This document shows, piece by piece, positions 1 to 7,570 of a DNA stretch of 11,312 nt. Origin of the DNA: Candidatus Aenigmatarchaeota archaeon (GTDB taxonomy: Archaea; Aenigmatarchaeota; Aenigmatarchaeia; GW2011-AR5; JAGGXF01); assembly GCA_029932645.1 (NCBI GenBank), contig JAOZPR010000005.1, forward strand, positions 1,925 to 13,236, read 5' to 3'. Under the pieces are notes generated by a model. It worked only from the letters and a program-made list of their open reading frames with translations. It was not told the origin of the DNA and made no database searches. The first letter of the stretch is position 1; every line of letters starts with the position of its first letter. A program made the translations under genes and the position numbers.

Positions 1-2816
1 CCAATTGTTTTTCCTGCTGCATAAGAAGGTATTTGCATTGCAACTGAGGAAATGTTGTGTGTGCCAGAAAAATTACCTGATGAAACATTCTTCCACGAAT
101 CATCTGTAGTAGCATTCCAAGAAAAAGTCCAAGCAGACAAATTATAATTATCTGTCCAGTTAGCACTAAAATTAACATAATCGTTTATTGCTGGATTTGA
201 ATTATTATCTCTTAAATCGTACCATTGTGGCTTCTCCACTTCGCAAGCTGTGAAATCAGTAGAATTGCTATCCCATTGACCAGATGTGCTATTAGCGTAA
301 ATCTCGATATCCCATATTCCTATTGAGCTTAATTCATTTGGTATTGTATAATTATACTCATATGTGTAACCATTGGTTATCGAACTAATATTACTCATGG
401 TCTCATTATTGACCATGGCTGTTCCATTAGGATGTTCTATTGTTATCAAAACCGTGTCTATGTAACTTGCTCCATCAGGATGGCTCACATTAACCCTTAT
501 GGTAACATTCTCTCCTATCATAAAGGATGTTTTTTCTGTTAGTGTCGAATCATATGTTTTTGGTTTTTCCACATCTGTGGCAGCTTCTTCTGACTCTATA
601 CTATAAGATGGCTCTGGGGAGACATACTTCATAACCCTGATGTCATCTGTCAGAAATTCGTATCCACCGTGTATGAAAAAATAACTAAAGCTTGAGTAGG
701 TTGAATCTGAACCTGTTATGGACTTCACGATAATATCATTCATATCATAAAGCGTATAGTTCATGTTCTGATTGTAATAGGTAAAACTCTGCTTGTACCA
801 TTGGTTTTGATTTGATACATGTGTGCTAGATGTTACTGTGGTTGCTCCGCACGTATTACTTCTCTCCTCTATGTAAAAATCATCAGAGTTTCCGTTGGTT
901 TGCTTTCTTGGACCGTATCCGCTACAGCTGGTTGTTGCCCCCAAGCTATACCTATCTAAGGCGCCGCCGTTGTTATTAATCCTGTTGGTAAGAAATATCG
1001 CCCTGAAACTTGTGACAGTTTCTGACAATGCAATATAACATCCGTTCGGATCGTTGTTGCCTGTTTTCTTGATTACACCGCCTTGCGTCGTATCAGTATC
1101 GTAGACGCAGTAACCGCTTCCGTAATCTGTCCAGCCATCTATGTTTCCGTCTTCAAAGTCATCAAAAAGGAGAAATGTCGAAGAGCCGTTACTCTCGCTA
1201 TTGGCAGAAGGATTGCCGTAGTACATGTAAATCCTTGCAGTCCCGTTTCCCAATCCGATGTCTGTTGTATTTCCAGGAATCAAAATCACCTTTACCCAGA
1301 TTTTTGCCTTCTGCTCGCTAGAATTCCAAGATTCTACCCAATAAGGTATTGACGTTTCATTACCACTTGTTGCATTGTAGTATGTGAACCTTGTTGAGTT
1401 TTGTTGTGACCAGTTGAAGTTTGAGCCGACATTTGACGAGTTAAGGTTAATCTGGATTTGGTAATTCGTTAGATTCTCATTCACATTATTTGATATATTT
1501 ATCGCCTGTCTATAATCCCATGTTTCGTTCCACCAGCTTCCGCCAGCAGGGTCGAACGCAAGGAACTTTGATGGCGTGTTGTCTGTTTCGTATTCAAAGT
1601 ATTCCCATGTGCCAGATAGATGCGGAATCTTGTAAACATAAACTAATTGTTCTGGCTCAGGCAGCACAGAATTGTCAAGAACGCTTTCCAGGTCAGTGTT
1701 GATGTTGTGTGCTCTCAGCAAATCTTTTATTCCAGCGACTGCTGGGTCATCACTATACCATTTTTCCATAAAGCCTCTTGTTGAGAACAACAGTTCTGGC
1801 TCGTCGTATTTTTTGATTACATATGTTTGATTTTTGTAGTATGGGTAACCAACCTTCGTAACGTTACCATATGTCGCATTTGCCTCTATGTCTAGCTGCA
1901 ACGGAATGTATTCTAGAATTGGGGCATCCTTGTATTGCTCTGTGACATTGCCCTCATAGTATGTTACATTTTCTATGTAGATTTGCCTTGTCCTGCTCAC
2001 CAGATGCCACGCCTTGAATGACTGGATATTGCCTGTTATGGTTATGTAAGACACATCATCAGATTTGCTGTTGAATATCCTATATGTGATTCTCTGGCTC
2101 ACTGGTGATGTATGATAGTCGACCAGCTCGAACTCTGTGCCGTATGATGATAGGTTGAACAGGTCTGTCATCATGGTTTCCCTGACAGGCTTTGCCCCAA
2201 ACTTTCCAGTCAGCTTTGGTTTCAATGGCAGAGGAGCATCATATTCTATCTTTCTGAATCGGTTAGCCCTGATGTTCGCGAGCCCTGTCCTGACGTTTTC
2301 TGCGCCTTCAGGAGCAAGACCACGCCACTGCTCCAGGCTATCCACGTATTTAACCCAGTGGGCTTTTTTATTGGAAGGAGAAAAACGAGGCTGTTCTTCC
2401 GAGATGGGCGGGGATGGAACAGCCTCTTGAGAAAGATCATCTATACTGGCGGGCTCTTCTGGCGCTGGCTCTGTGCTTATAGTAAACTGGTTGCGCACAG
2501 TCTGGTTGTTGCTGGTCAGAACTATATCATAAAGGCCTTCGATAGAGAATCCTTTCAGTAGAGCAAAATATTTTCCAGTAAAATCTGTTCTGGCTAGTTT
2601 TTCATAGACCTTTGTGTTGTTTGGCCCAATGACAGTAAGATTAAAGAACGTTTTCGGCGCACTTGAGACCGTAATAAAAATGTTTTCGCCCGGCTCGTAT
2701 TGCGGATTGTTTGTTTCGACAGACAACTGACCTGCTGCGAGAGATAAACCAACTAGTAATAGAGTTGACGATATGACTATCAAAGCTAAAACTATTTTAG
2801 CTAACGCTTTCTTCAT
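1..2816 (-). CDS. Large secreted multidomain surface glycoprotein/adhesin with DUF2341 domain, lectin-like and Ig-like domains (3' truncated by window edge, >938 aa)
   Basis: Hand translation from ATG 2816 (SD GGTGA at 2821-2825) is open to position 1. It begins MKKALAKIVLALIVISSTLLLVGLSLA (signal peptide), then SVETNNPQYEPGENIFITV (MG/Ig-like) and a Pro-rich linker. DUF2341-type motifs at ~1535-1130: WWNETWDYRQAINISN..LTNYQIQINL..IPYWVESW..AKIWVKV..IYMYYGNPSA..FDDFEDG. A beta-sandwich and Ig-like repeats follow. Absent from the ORF track because it has no stop in the window. Confidence 0.92.
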   Translation of the reverse strand, partial: MKKALAKIVLALIVISSTLLLVGLSLAAGQLSVETNNPQYEPGENIFITVSSAPKTFFNLTVIGPNNTKVYEKLARTDFTGKYFALLKGFSIEGLYDIVLTSNNQTVRNQFTISTEPAPEEPASIDDLSQEAVPSPPISEEQPRFSPSNKKAHWVKYVDSLEQWRGLAPEGAENVRTGLANIRANRFRKIEYDAPLPLKPKLTGKFGAKPVRETMMTDLFNLSSYGTEFELVDYHTSPVSQRITYRIFNSKSDDVSYITITGNIQSFKAWHLVSRTRQIYIENVTYYEGNVTEQYKDAPILEYIPLQLDIEANATYGNVTKVGYPYYKNQTYVIKKYDEPELLFSTRGFMEKWYSDDPAVAGIKDLLRAHNINTDLESVLDNSVLPEPEQLVYVYKIPHLSGTWEYFEYETDNTPSKFLAFDPAGGSWWNETWDYRQAINISNNVNENLTNYQIQINLNSSNVGSNFNWSQQNSTRFTYYNATSGNETSIPYWVESWNSSEQKAKIWVKVILIPGNTTDIGLGNGTARIYMYYGNPSANSESNGSSTFLLFDDFEDGNIDGWTDYGSGYCVYDTDTTQGGVIKKTGNNDPNGCYIALSETVTSFRAIFLTNRINNNGGALDRYSLGATTSCSGYGPRKQTNGNSDDFYIEERSNTCGATTVTSSTHVSNQNQWYKQSFTYYNQNMNYTLYDMNDIIVKSITGSDSTYSSFSYFFIHGGYEFLTDDIRVMKYVSPEPSYSIESEEAATDVEKPKTYDSTLTEKTSFMIGENVTIRVNVSHPDGASYIDTVLITIEHPNGTAMVNNETMSNISSITNGYTYEYNYTIPNELSSIGIWDIEIYANSTSGQWDSNSTDFTACEVEKPQWYDLRDNNSNPAINDYVNFSANWTDNYNLSAWTFSWNATTDDSWKNVSSGNFSGTHNISSVAMQIPSYAAGKTI

Positions 2817-2848
2817 CTGTTCACCAAATTCCCATTATTCACAGATGT

Positions 2849-2875
2849 TAGAAATTTGGAAAATCCAAATTTCTA
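2849..2875. promoter_or_regulatory. Perfect 12-bp inverted repeat TAGAAATTTGGA-aaa-TCCAAATTTCTA, candidate transcription-factor operator or RNA hairpin
   Basis: Seen directly 33-59 nt upstream of ATG 2816. The core TTTGGA-N3-TCCAAA recurs at 11193-11207. Confidence 0.65.
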
Positions 2876-2969
2876 GTTTAAACCCTCGGAGAACTAATAA
2901 TTCTCGTGCACGCGGTCACGAAGAACAGTCCCCCACCCATCTAATTGTTTATTTATTGGAAAGAACCAG

Positions 2970-2985
2970 TATAAATAATTTTTGC
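2970..2985 (-). promoter_or_regulatory. Putative BRE/TATA promoter for the DUF2341 gene
   Basis: Minus strand reads GCAAAAATTATTTATA. An alternative TATA-like TTTAAA lies at 2877-2882. Confidence 0.4.
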
Positions 2986-2999
2986 CTCGATTTTTATTT

Positions 3000-4025
3000 T
3001 TAGCCTATCGGATTTTTGTATATGCTTTTATATCTGATGAGCGCCAACATTGCCATGCTTGTGGCATAAATATCCTCTTTTTTCTCGGTGCCCATAAAAT
3101 AACCCCCATTCCAGCTTCCGTCTGGCCGTTGTTTTTTTATTAGCCATTGAATTCCCTTCTCGACTCTCTTTTTGCATTTCTCATTTTTTTTGCATGCACC
3201 TGAAACAAGTAATGTGTTCAAGGCCAGAGTCGTTCTCAACTCTTTTGATGGTCTGCCTTCGGCTGCAAGCCCCCAAGAGCCATCTGAGTTTTGCGTGGTC
3301 AGAACAAAGTCAATAGCTTTTTCTATTATATCGGCCTTGCCATAAATCTCAGCAGCCCAGACATTAATATAAGTTGCATAGTACGGCGTGTCATAATACA
3401 TCCATGAGCTGTTCCATGAACCGTCTTCCAGTTGCGTGGATGCAAGAAAGTCAAGTGCTTTGGTTATATTGCGGGTTATATTATATTTAGCGTGCTCATT
3501 GTCTTCATCAGTTAGCGTGAGCGCAACAAGAGCATAGCCAGTGACAGATGGGAATCTTTTGTCTTCTATAATAAATGGTGTGCCTATTTTCCAGTATCCT
3601 TGCGCATCCTGCTTGCCGACGAGAAATTCTCTCGTGTCGCTGATGTTTTCATCTGCAAGATAAAGAGCCAGCATTGCGACAGCTGTTGTTTCAATACAAT
3701 ATTCTTCTTTGGATGTCGTTGTCATATAAAAACCGCCGTCGCTCCGCTTGACCGTATTAAGGAAACGCGCTGCCTTATTGATCGTTTCATTGTAATTAAG
3801 CTTGTTCAAAAATGATAAAGCAACAACAGCATTGGCCGTATCCCAAATCTTGAACATAGAATTGCCTGACAATGATATGGAACCGTCTTTGTTCTGTTGG
3901 TCAACCAACCAGTCAGCAGCGCTATTCATAGAACTTGAGATGTTAGTCGTAGTTTGCTGCTGAATAACAAAAATTATAAGAATTAGCAACAGAATTAAAA
4001 TCAATGGCCAGGTTGCCTTCTTCAT
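3000..4025 (-). CDS. Membrane-anchored or exported prenyltransferase/squalene oxidase (QW) repeat protein, single (alpha/alpha)6 barrel, 341 aa
   Basis: Six QW-like repeats: LVDQQNKDGSI, LNTVKRSDGGF, LVGKQDAQGYW, LASTQLEDGSW, VLTTQNSDGSW, LIKKQRPDGSW. N-terminal MKKATWPLILILLLILIIFVI is a signal/anchor. Start moved from 4220 to ATG 4025 because the extension overlaps the upstream gene and a T-rich terminator-like tract. Confidence 0.88.
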   Translation of the reverse strand: MKKATWPLILILLLILIIFVIQQQTTTNISSSMNSAADWLVDQQNKDGSISLSGNSMFKIWDTANAVVALSFLNKLNYNETINKAARFLNTVKRSDGGFYMTTTSKEEYCIETTAVAMLALYLADENISDTREFLVGKQDAQGYWKIGTPFIIEDKRFPSVTGYALVALTLTDEDNEHAKYNITRNITKALDFLASTQLEDGSWNSSWMYYDTPYYATYINVWAAEIYGKADIIEKAIDFVLTTQNSDGSWGLAAEGRPSKELRTTLALNTLLVSGACKKNEKCKKRVEKGIQWLIKKQRPDGSWNGGYFMGTEKKEDIYATSMAMLALIRYKSIYKNPIG

Positions 4026-4046
4026 GATATATAATATCCAGAAAGG

Positions 4047-4059
4047 AATAAAAGATTTC
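4047..4059 (-). promoter_or_regulatory. BRE/TATA-like element for a probably leaderless transcript of the QW-repeat gene
   Basis: GAAATcTTTTATT with the TATA-like element at -28 to -22 from ATG 4025. No SD precedes this ATG. Confidence 0.45.
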
Positions 4060-4073
4060 TTATAGGAAAGCAC

Positions 4074-4112
4074 AAAAAAGAAAAAGGGGAAAATAAAAGA
4101 AAAACGTTCCCC
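4074..4112 (-). terminator. Hairpin plus oligo-T terminator-like element after the 848-aa gene
   Basis: Minus strand reads GGGGAA-CGTTTTTCTTTTATT-TTCCCC-TTTTTCTTTTTT. Confidence 0.55.
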
Positions 4113-4179
4113 ACCCATCTCGAAAATAAAATCAAAGATTATGATTTGCTTACTCGTTCTGCTTCTTGTCACATGCTTT

Positions 4180-6726
4180 CTATTTCTTCCTGTCTGGCCT
4201 GTACTTGTATTTGAATTCATGAGATATTTTTGCTTTCAGATTATGCATCTTATGCATAGTATCCTGTCGCGCGGGCGTGCGGCTGGGCAGTGCACCTGTT
4301 AAGCGCGTGAGATTCGGCAAGCCGCCTCTTTCGCTTCCTTTCTTGTACTTGATTAAAAATCCGAATGCAACTATAATGATTATTAAGACAAGCCACCAGT
4401 TCGCGTTCAGGAAGGCTATGGGTGATGTTACCAGGGCTACCAATGCTGCCGGCACTCCAGCAATGGCTGTGAAGAGACCTGTCGGTGTCTCTTGTTCCTG
4501 GCTCGGGCCTGTGGGCAATTCCTCTAGGAACTGAACAGTAAGGGTTGCCTGGGCCTGAGTCTCAGCAGACTGGGCAGCCATATTTGCAAGGTAAAACTTC
4601 TTGCATTCGCGCGATGCACAATATCCTTTTGGAACGAAAAACCTCAGCTCCACGTCCACCTCATCATCAGGGCTCATCTGTGATATGCTCGTCGGAATTA
4701 TCTGATACCATTCCGGTGCCACACCTTCCACACCAATGGTTATATCAGTAAGGTTTGTCTGGCCTGTATTTTTGACTGTTATATTGACAGAGACTATTGT
4801 TCCTTCCGCGATATCGACTGTCTCTGGCGCCAACAGCGCCATGTCTGTCTTTCTTGAAAGCTCGAGAAAAACAGAAGATTCGGCAGGCAGGAAAGGCTCT
4901 TTCTCAGACCTCATCGTGAGCTTTGCCGAGCCTTCGTGCATTGGCGCCTTTGCATTAATCATGAAAAATCCGCCTATATCTGTTTTTACTGTTTCGTTGG
5001 TTGATCCGAGCGAGTATTCGACAACAGCGCCCTCTATGGGATTGCCATTCGAATCGAGCACCTTGCCTGAGATGGAAACCATCTCGCCCATGTAATAATT
5101 CTTCTTTGGTATGGTCACATCAAAATACAATGCTTTTCTTTCTCCTATAATAAATGATGAAAAGGAAGAAACATTGAATTTAACTATATTTGTGGTTGTA
5201 TCTATCACGGGGTTTTCTACTCTCTCCCATGTGTCTGAACATGAGCGCCTGTCAAAATTCCAGTTGTGGCAGGTATAAACCTCTATTCGTTGTTCATCAA
5301 CAACTTTTGATGCGTCGTAATATATCTCCAAGTCAGCAGACTCGAAACTAAGCTGCGGTGAAAGCTCAAGAACAACCAAGCTGGCAACAGATATGCCTGG
5401 TATATCTGCTTCACCAGAAAAGCTGTCAAACCTTATCGCATCCTTGATGCCGGTTTTGATATCAACCCCTTTGAGTGTTGCCAACAGGGTGTCGAACTGC
5501 AAAACCACTGTGTAGTTGCCTGGAAGAATCGATGCAGAATACTCACCAAGCTCATTAATATTTATCTGCTTTGTCTCGCCGCCCTTTGTGAGTTTTATTG
5601 TGCCTTTTACAGCGTGGTTGTCAGCATCCGAAACCTTGCCCGAAAACGGAAGTATGAACTTTATTGGGCTTTTTGCCTCGACCATGATGGGCGATAGCAC
5701 GTTGTAGTCCATGGCCAAGAAAAGCCTGTATGTGCCTGATTCATACTGAGGCAACTTGACTGTTATATCGCCTGTTCCTGACTGCATGCTGTATGAAAAA
5801 TCTGTTATCTCCAGATTGCTTGTCTTTTCTCCATCTTCGTTCATGAGATAAACATAAAAATCGGACTGCGAGATATCATCTATCGCGTTTTTGTTATAGA
5901 ACGCTGAATAGTGTATACTCAACGTGCCTGCTGTCGAGTATTCCAGCGAACCCCCATCGTTTACGTCCAAAATCTCCAAATCAAGCGGTGATTGAATCCT
6001 CACAACATTTCTTTCTATTATTTTATAGTTGTGTTGAACACCGGCATCAAAGTATTCCACCTCTACAATAAGATTGTATAGTATATCTGTGTCCAGGCTT
6101 GAGTAATCATAGTTCACGAAAGGTTCCAGAAGGAAGCGCTTTGTGTTCTGGTTAAAGCCAACTGGTCCAAGACTGAGTTGGTGCTTCTGACCAAACTGTT
6201 CCAGATAAATCTTGAAAGAGGGGTTTTGGGCAGGCTCTTTTATGTTCGACTCCACGAAGAGCTCTGTTTCTACAGGTTCGTCAAACTCCTGGCCAACATA
6301 AACAGAATAGGGTGGGCTGGCCTCTGGCAAAATCACATCACCAGTCAGCCTCTTAACACTGAATGTTGTCTGGTCAGTATCTGTTGACCCGGCATAGCTA
6401 CATGTTATATCCATTAGGTATGAACCAGGGTCTGCGGTCTGATAAGTAAGAGAAAATATATCATTTTCAGAATCGTATATAAAATCTATTGGCTGATATG
6501 TTACAGATTTGTGTGTAACCACTCCGCGAACAAGCAGGTTGGAAGAACTAACATTTGTCTCTGTGCATTTGGCAGTTATCACGATGTTGGCAGGAGAATA
6601 TGTATTTTCTCCTGTCTGCTCTATCCACGGGTTTGCAGTGACCTGTACATTGCTAACCTGAACTGCTCCAACAAGACTTACCAATAAAAGAATTGCCCCG
6701 ATAATAATATAGAGCTTCTTAACCAT
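4180..6726 (-). CDS. Multidomain cell-surface protein, 848 aa (signal peptide, Ig-like and carboxypeptidase-regulatory-like domains, PGF-pre-PGF-like domain, NEW3/CARDB-like domain, C-terminal TM anchor)
   Basis: Signal MVKKLYIIIGAILLLVSLVGA. Carboxypeptidase-regulatory-like motifs FSGKVSDADNHAVKG..GEYSASILPGNYTV and ISGKVLDSNGNPIEGAVV. PGF-pre-PGF-like ending IEVYTC..WERV..FNVSSFSSFIIG. NEW3-like VNITVKNTGQTNLTDITIGV..PEW..SPDDEVDVELRFFVP. TM WWLVLIIIIVAFGFLI followed by a basic tail. Confidence 0.88.
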   Translation of the reverse strand: MVKKLYIIIGAILLLVSLVGAVQVSNVQVTANPWIEQTGENTYSPANIVITAKCTETNVSSSNLLVRGVVTHKSVTYQPIDFIYDSENDIFSLTYQTADPGSYLMDITCSYAGSTDTDQTTFSVKRLTGDVILPEASPPYSVYVGQEFDEPVETELFVESNIKEPAQNPSFKIYLEQFGQKHQLSLGPVGFNQNTKRFLLEPFVNYDYSSLDTDILYNLIVEVEYFDAGVQHNYKIIERNVVRIQSPLDLEILDVNDGGSLEYSTAGTLSIHYSAFYNKNAIDDISQSDFYVYLMNEDGEKTSNLEITDFSYSMQSGTGDITVKLPQYESGTYRLFLAMDYNVLSPIMVEAKSPIKFILPFSGKVSDADNHAVKGTIKLTKGGETKQININELGEYSASILPGNYTVVLQFDTLLATLKGVDIKTGIKDAIRFDSFSGEADIPGISVASLVVLELSPQLSFESADLEIYYDASKVVDEQRIEVYTCHNWNFDRRSCSDTWERVENPVIDTTTNIVKFNVSSFSSFIIGERKALYFDVTIPKKNYYMGEMVSISGKVLDSNGNPIEGAVVEYSLGSTNETVKTDIGGFFMINAKAPMHEGSAKLTMRSEKEPFLPAESSVFLELSRKTDMALLAPETVDIAEGTIVSVNITVKNTGQTNLTDITIGVEGVAPEWYQIIPTSISQMSPDDEVDVELRFFVPKGYCASRECKKFYLANMAAQSAETQAQATLTVQFLEELPTGPSQEQETPTGLFTAIAGVPAALVALVTSPIAFLNANWWLVLIIIIVAFGFLIKYKKGSERGGLPNLTRLTGALPSRTPARQDTMHKMHNLKAKISHEFKYKYRPDRKK

Positions 6727-6748
6727 TACAATCCCTTGGCATCCTAAA

Positions 6749-7516
6749 TCAAAATCCCCTAAGCTTCTCCATGAAGCGCTTGAAAAACAGGTTCTTCGGC
6801 TCCTTAAATGTACGGTTGGTCATGTAGTAGGCGAGCCGCCTGAATTCTATGGACGGTTTGGAATACGGGCTGTATTTGATAACAGGCGTCTCTTCAAAAA
6901 TGCTTTTTTTAATTATTTTATCCTCTGGGATTTTCGATATTATTGGCGCTTCGCACATGATTTCTATCTCAGCAGGTCTCAGCTCATAGTTTGTTCCCTG
7001 TATGCGGTTGACAACAACACCCAAAACATTTTTCTTCAGGTCTCTTGTTATTTTTATGACCTTTATGGCGTCTGTGACCGATGGCACATCAGGGTTGGTC
7101 ACAACCACGATATCGTCTACGACCTCTAAAACAGTCAAAGCATCATCAGTAAGCCCGGGCGGACAATCCAAGATAACAAAGCCCTTGAGCTTTTTTAGGT
7201 CCCTCCTTAGCTTCTTGGCGTTCGGTTTCAGCCCAGTGTAAACATCATCCACGGAAAGCGAGGACGGTACCACCATTAGTCCTATCGGGTGTTGATGAAC
7301 AGCATTTAATATGTGTTCTTTACCGCTCAAAACATCTTGCAGGGAAACGTCAAAAGAAAACGTTCCAAGCTGCACACCGAGATTAGACACAGTCAGGTCA
7401 GCATCAACAACAGTTACCTGTTCGCCAAGTTCCTGCAGCGCTATTCCAAGATTAATAGCAGTAAGGGTTTTGCCTACCCCACCCTTACCAGAAGCAATAC
7501 CAATTATCCTAGACAA
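6749..7516 (-). CDS. minD: MinD/ParA-family ATPase (archaeal MinD type)
   Basis: Deviant Walker A SGKGGVGKT, VVDAD, ILDCPPG (Walker B), GVVVNR, IPED, and a C-terminal amphipathic membrane-targeting helix NLFFKRFMEKLRGF. Start is probably TTG 7516 (MSRIIGIAS), preceded by SD-like AGGTGG; the track start is 7531. Confidence 0.93.
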   Translation of the reverse strand: MSRIIGIASGKGGVGKTLTAINLGIALQELGEQVTVVDADLTVSNLGVQLGTFSFDVSLQDVLSGKEHILNAVHQHPIGLMVVPSSLSVDDVYTGLKPNAKKLRRDLKKLKGFVILDCPPGLTDDALTVLEVVDDIVVVTNPDVPSVTDAIKVIKITRDLKKNVLGVVVNRIQGTNYELRPAEIEIMCEAPIISKIPEDKIIKKSIFEETPVIKYSPYSKPSIEFRRLAYYMTNRTFKEPKNLFFKRFMEKLRGF

Positions 7517-7549
7517 CTCTCCCACCTTCAAAATATAATTTAGACCAAA

Positions 7550-7570
7550 TTATATATATAATTATTTTTT
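7550..7570 (-). promoter_or_regulatory. TATA-box promoter for minD and the 848-aa gene
   Basis: Minus strand reads AAAAAATAATTATATATATA, overlapping the previous stop codon, about 35-45 nt upstream of the minD start. Confidence 0.5.

Noticed and set aside
3000..4025. Squalene-hopene cyclase, or alpha-2-macroglobulin thioester domain (YCIET) split from the neighbouring MG-like domain
   Set aside because: It is half the length of SHC and lacks DxDD. The thioester motif requires C-x-E-Q, and the Gln is absent.
4026..4220. 65-aa N-terminal extension of the QW-repeat ORF
   Set aside because: It overlaps the upstream gene end and translates a T-rich terminator/promoter region. ATG 4025 gives a clean signal/anchor with a TATA-like element at -28.
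6749..7516. Plasmid/chromosome ParA or Mrp/ApbC Fe-S carrier
   Set aside because: No adjacent parB and no conserved CxxC. The C-terminal amphipathic helix fits MinD.
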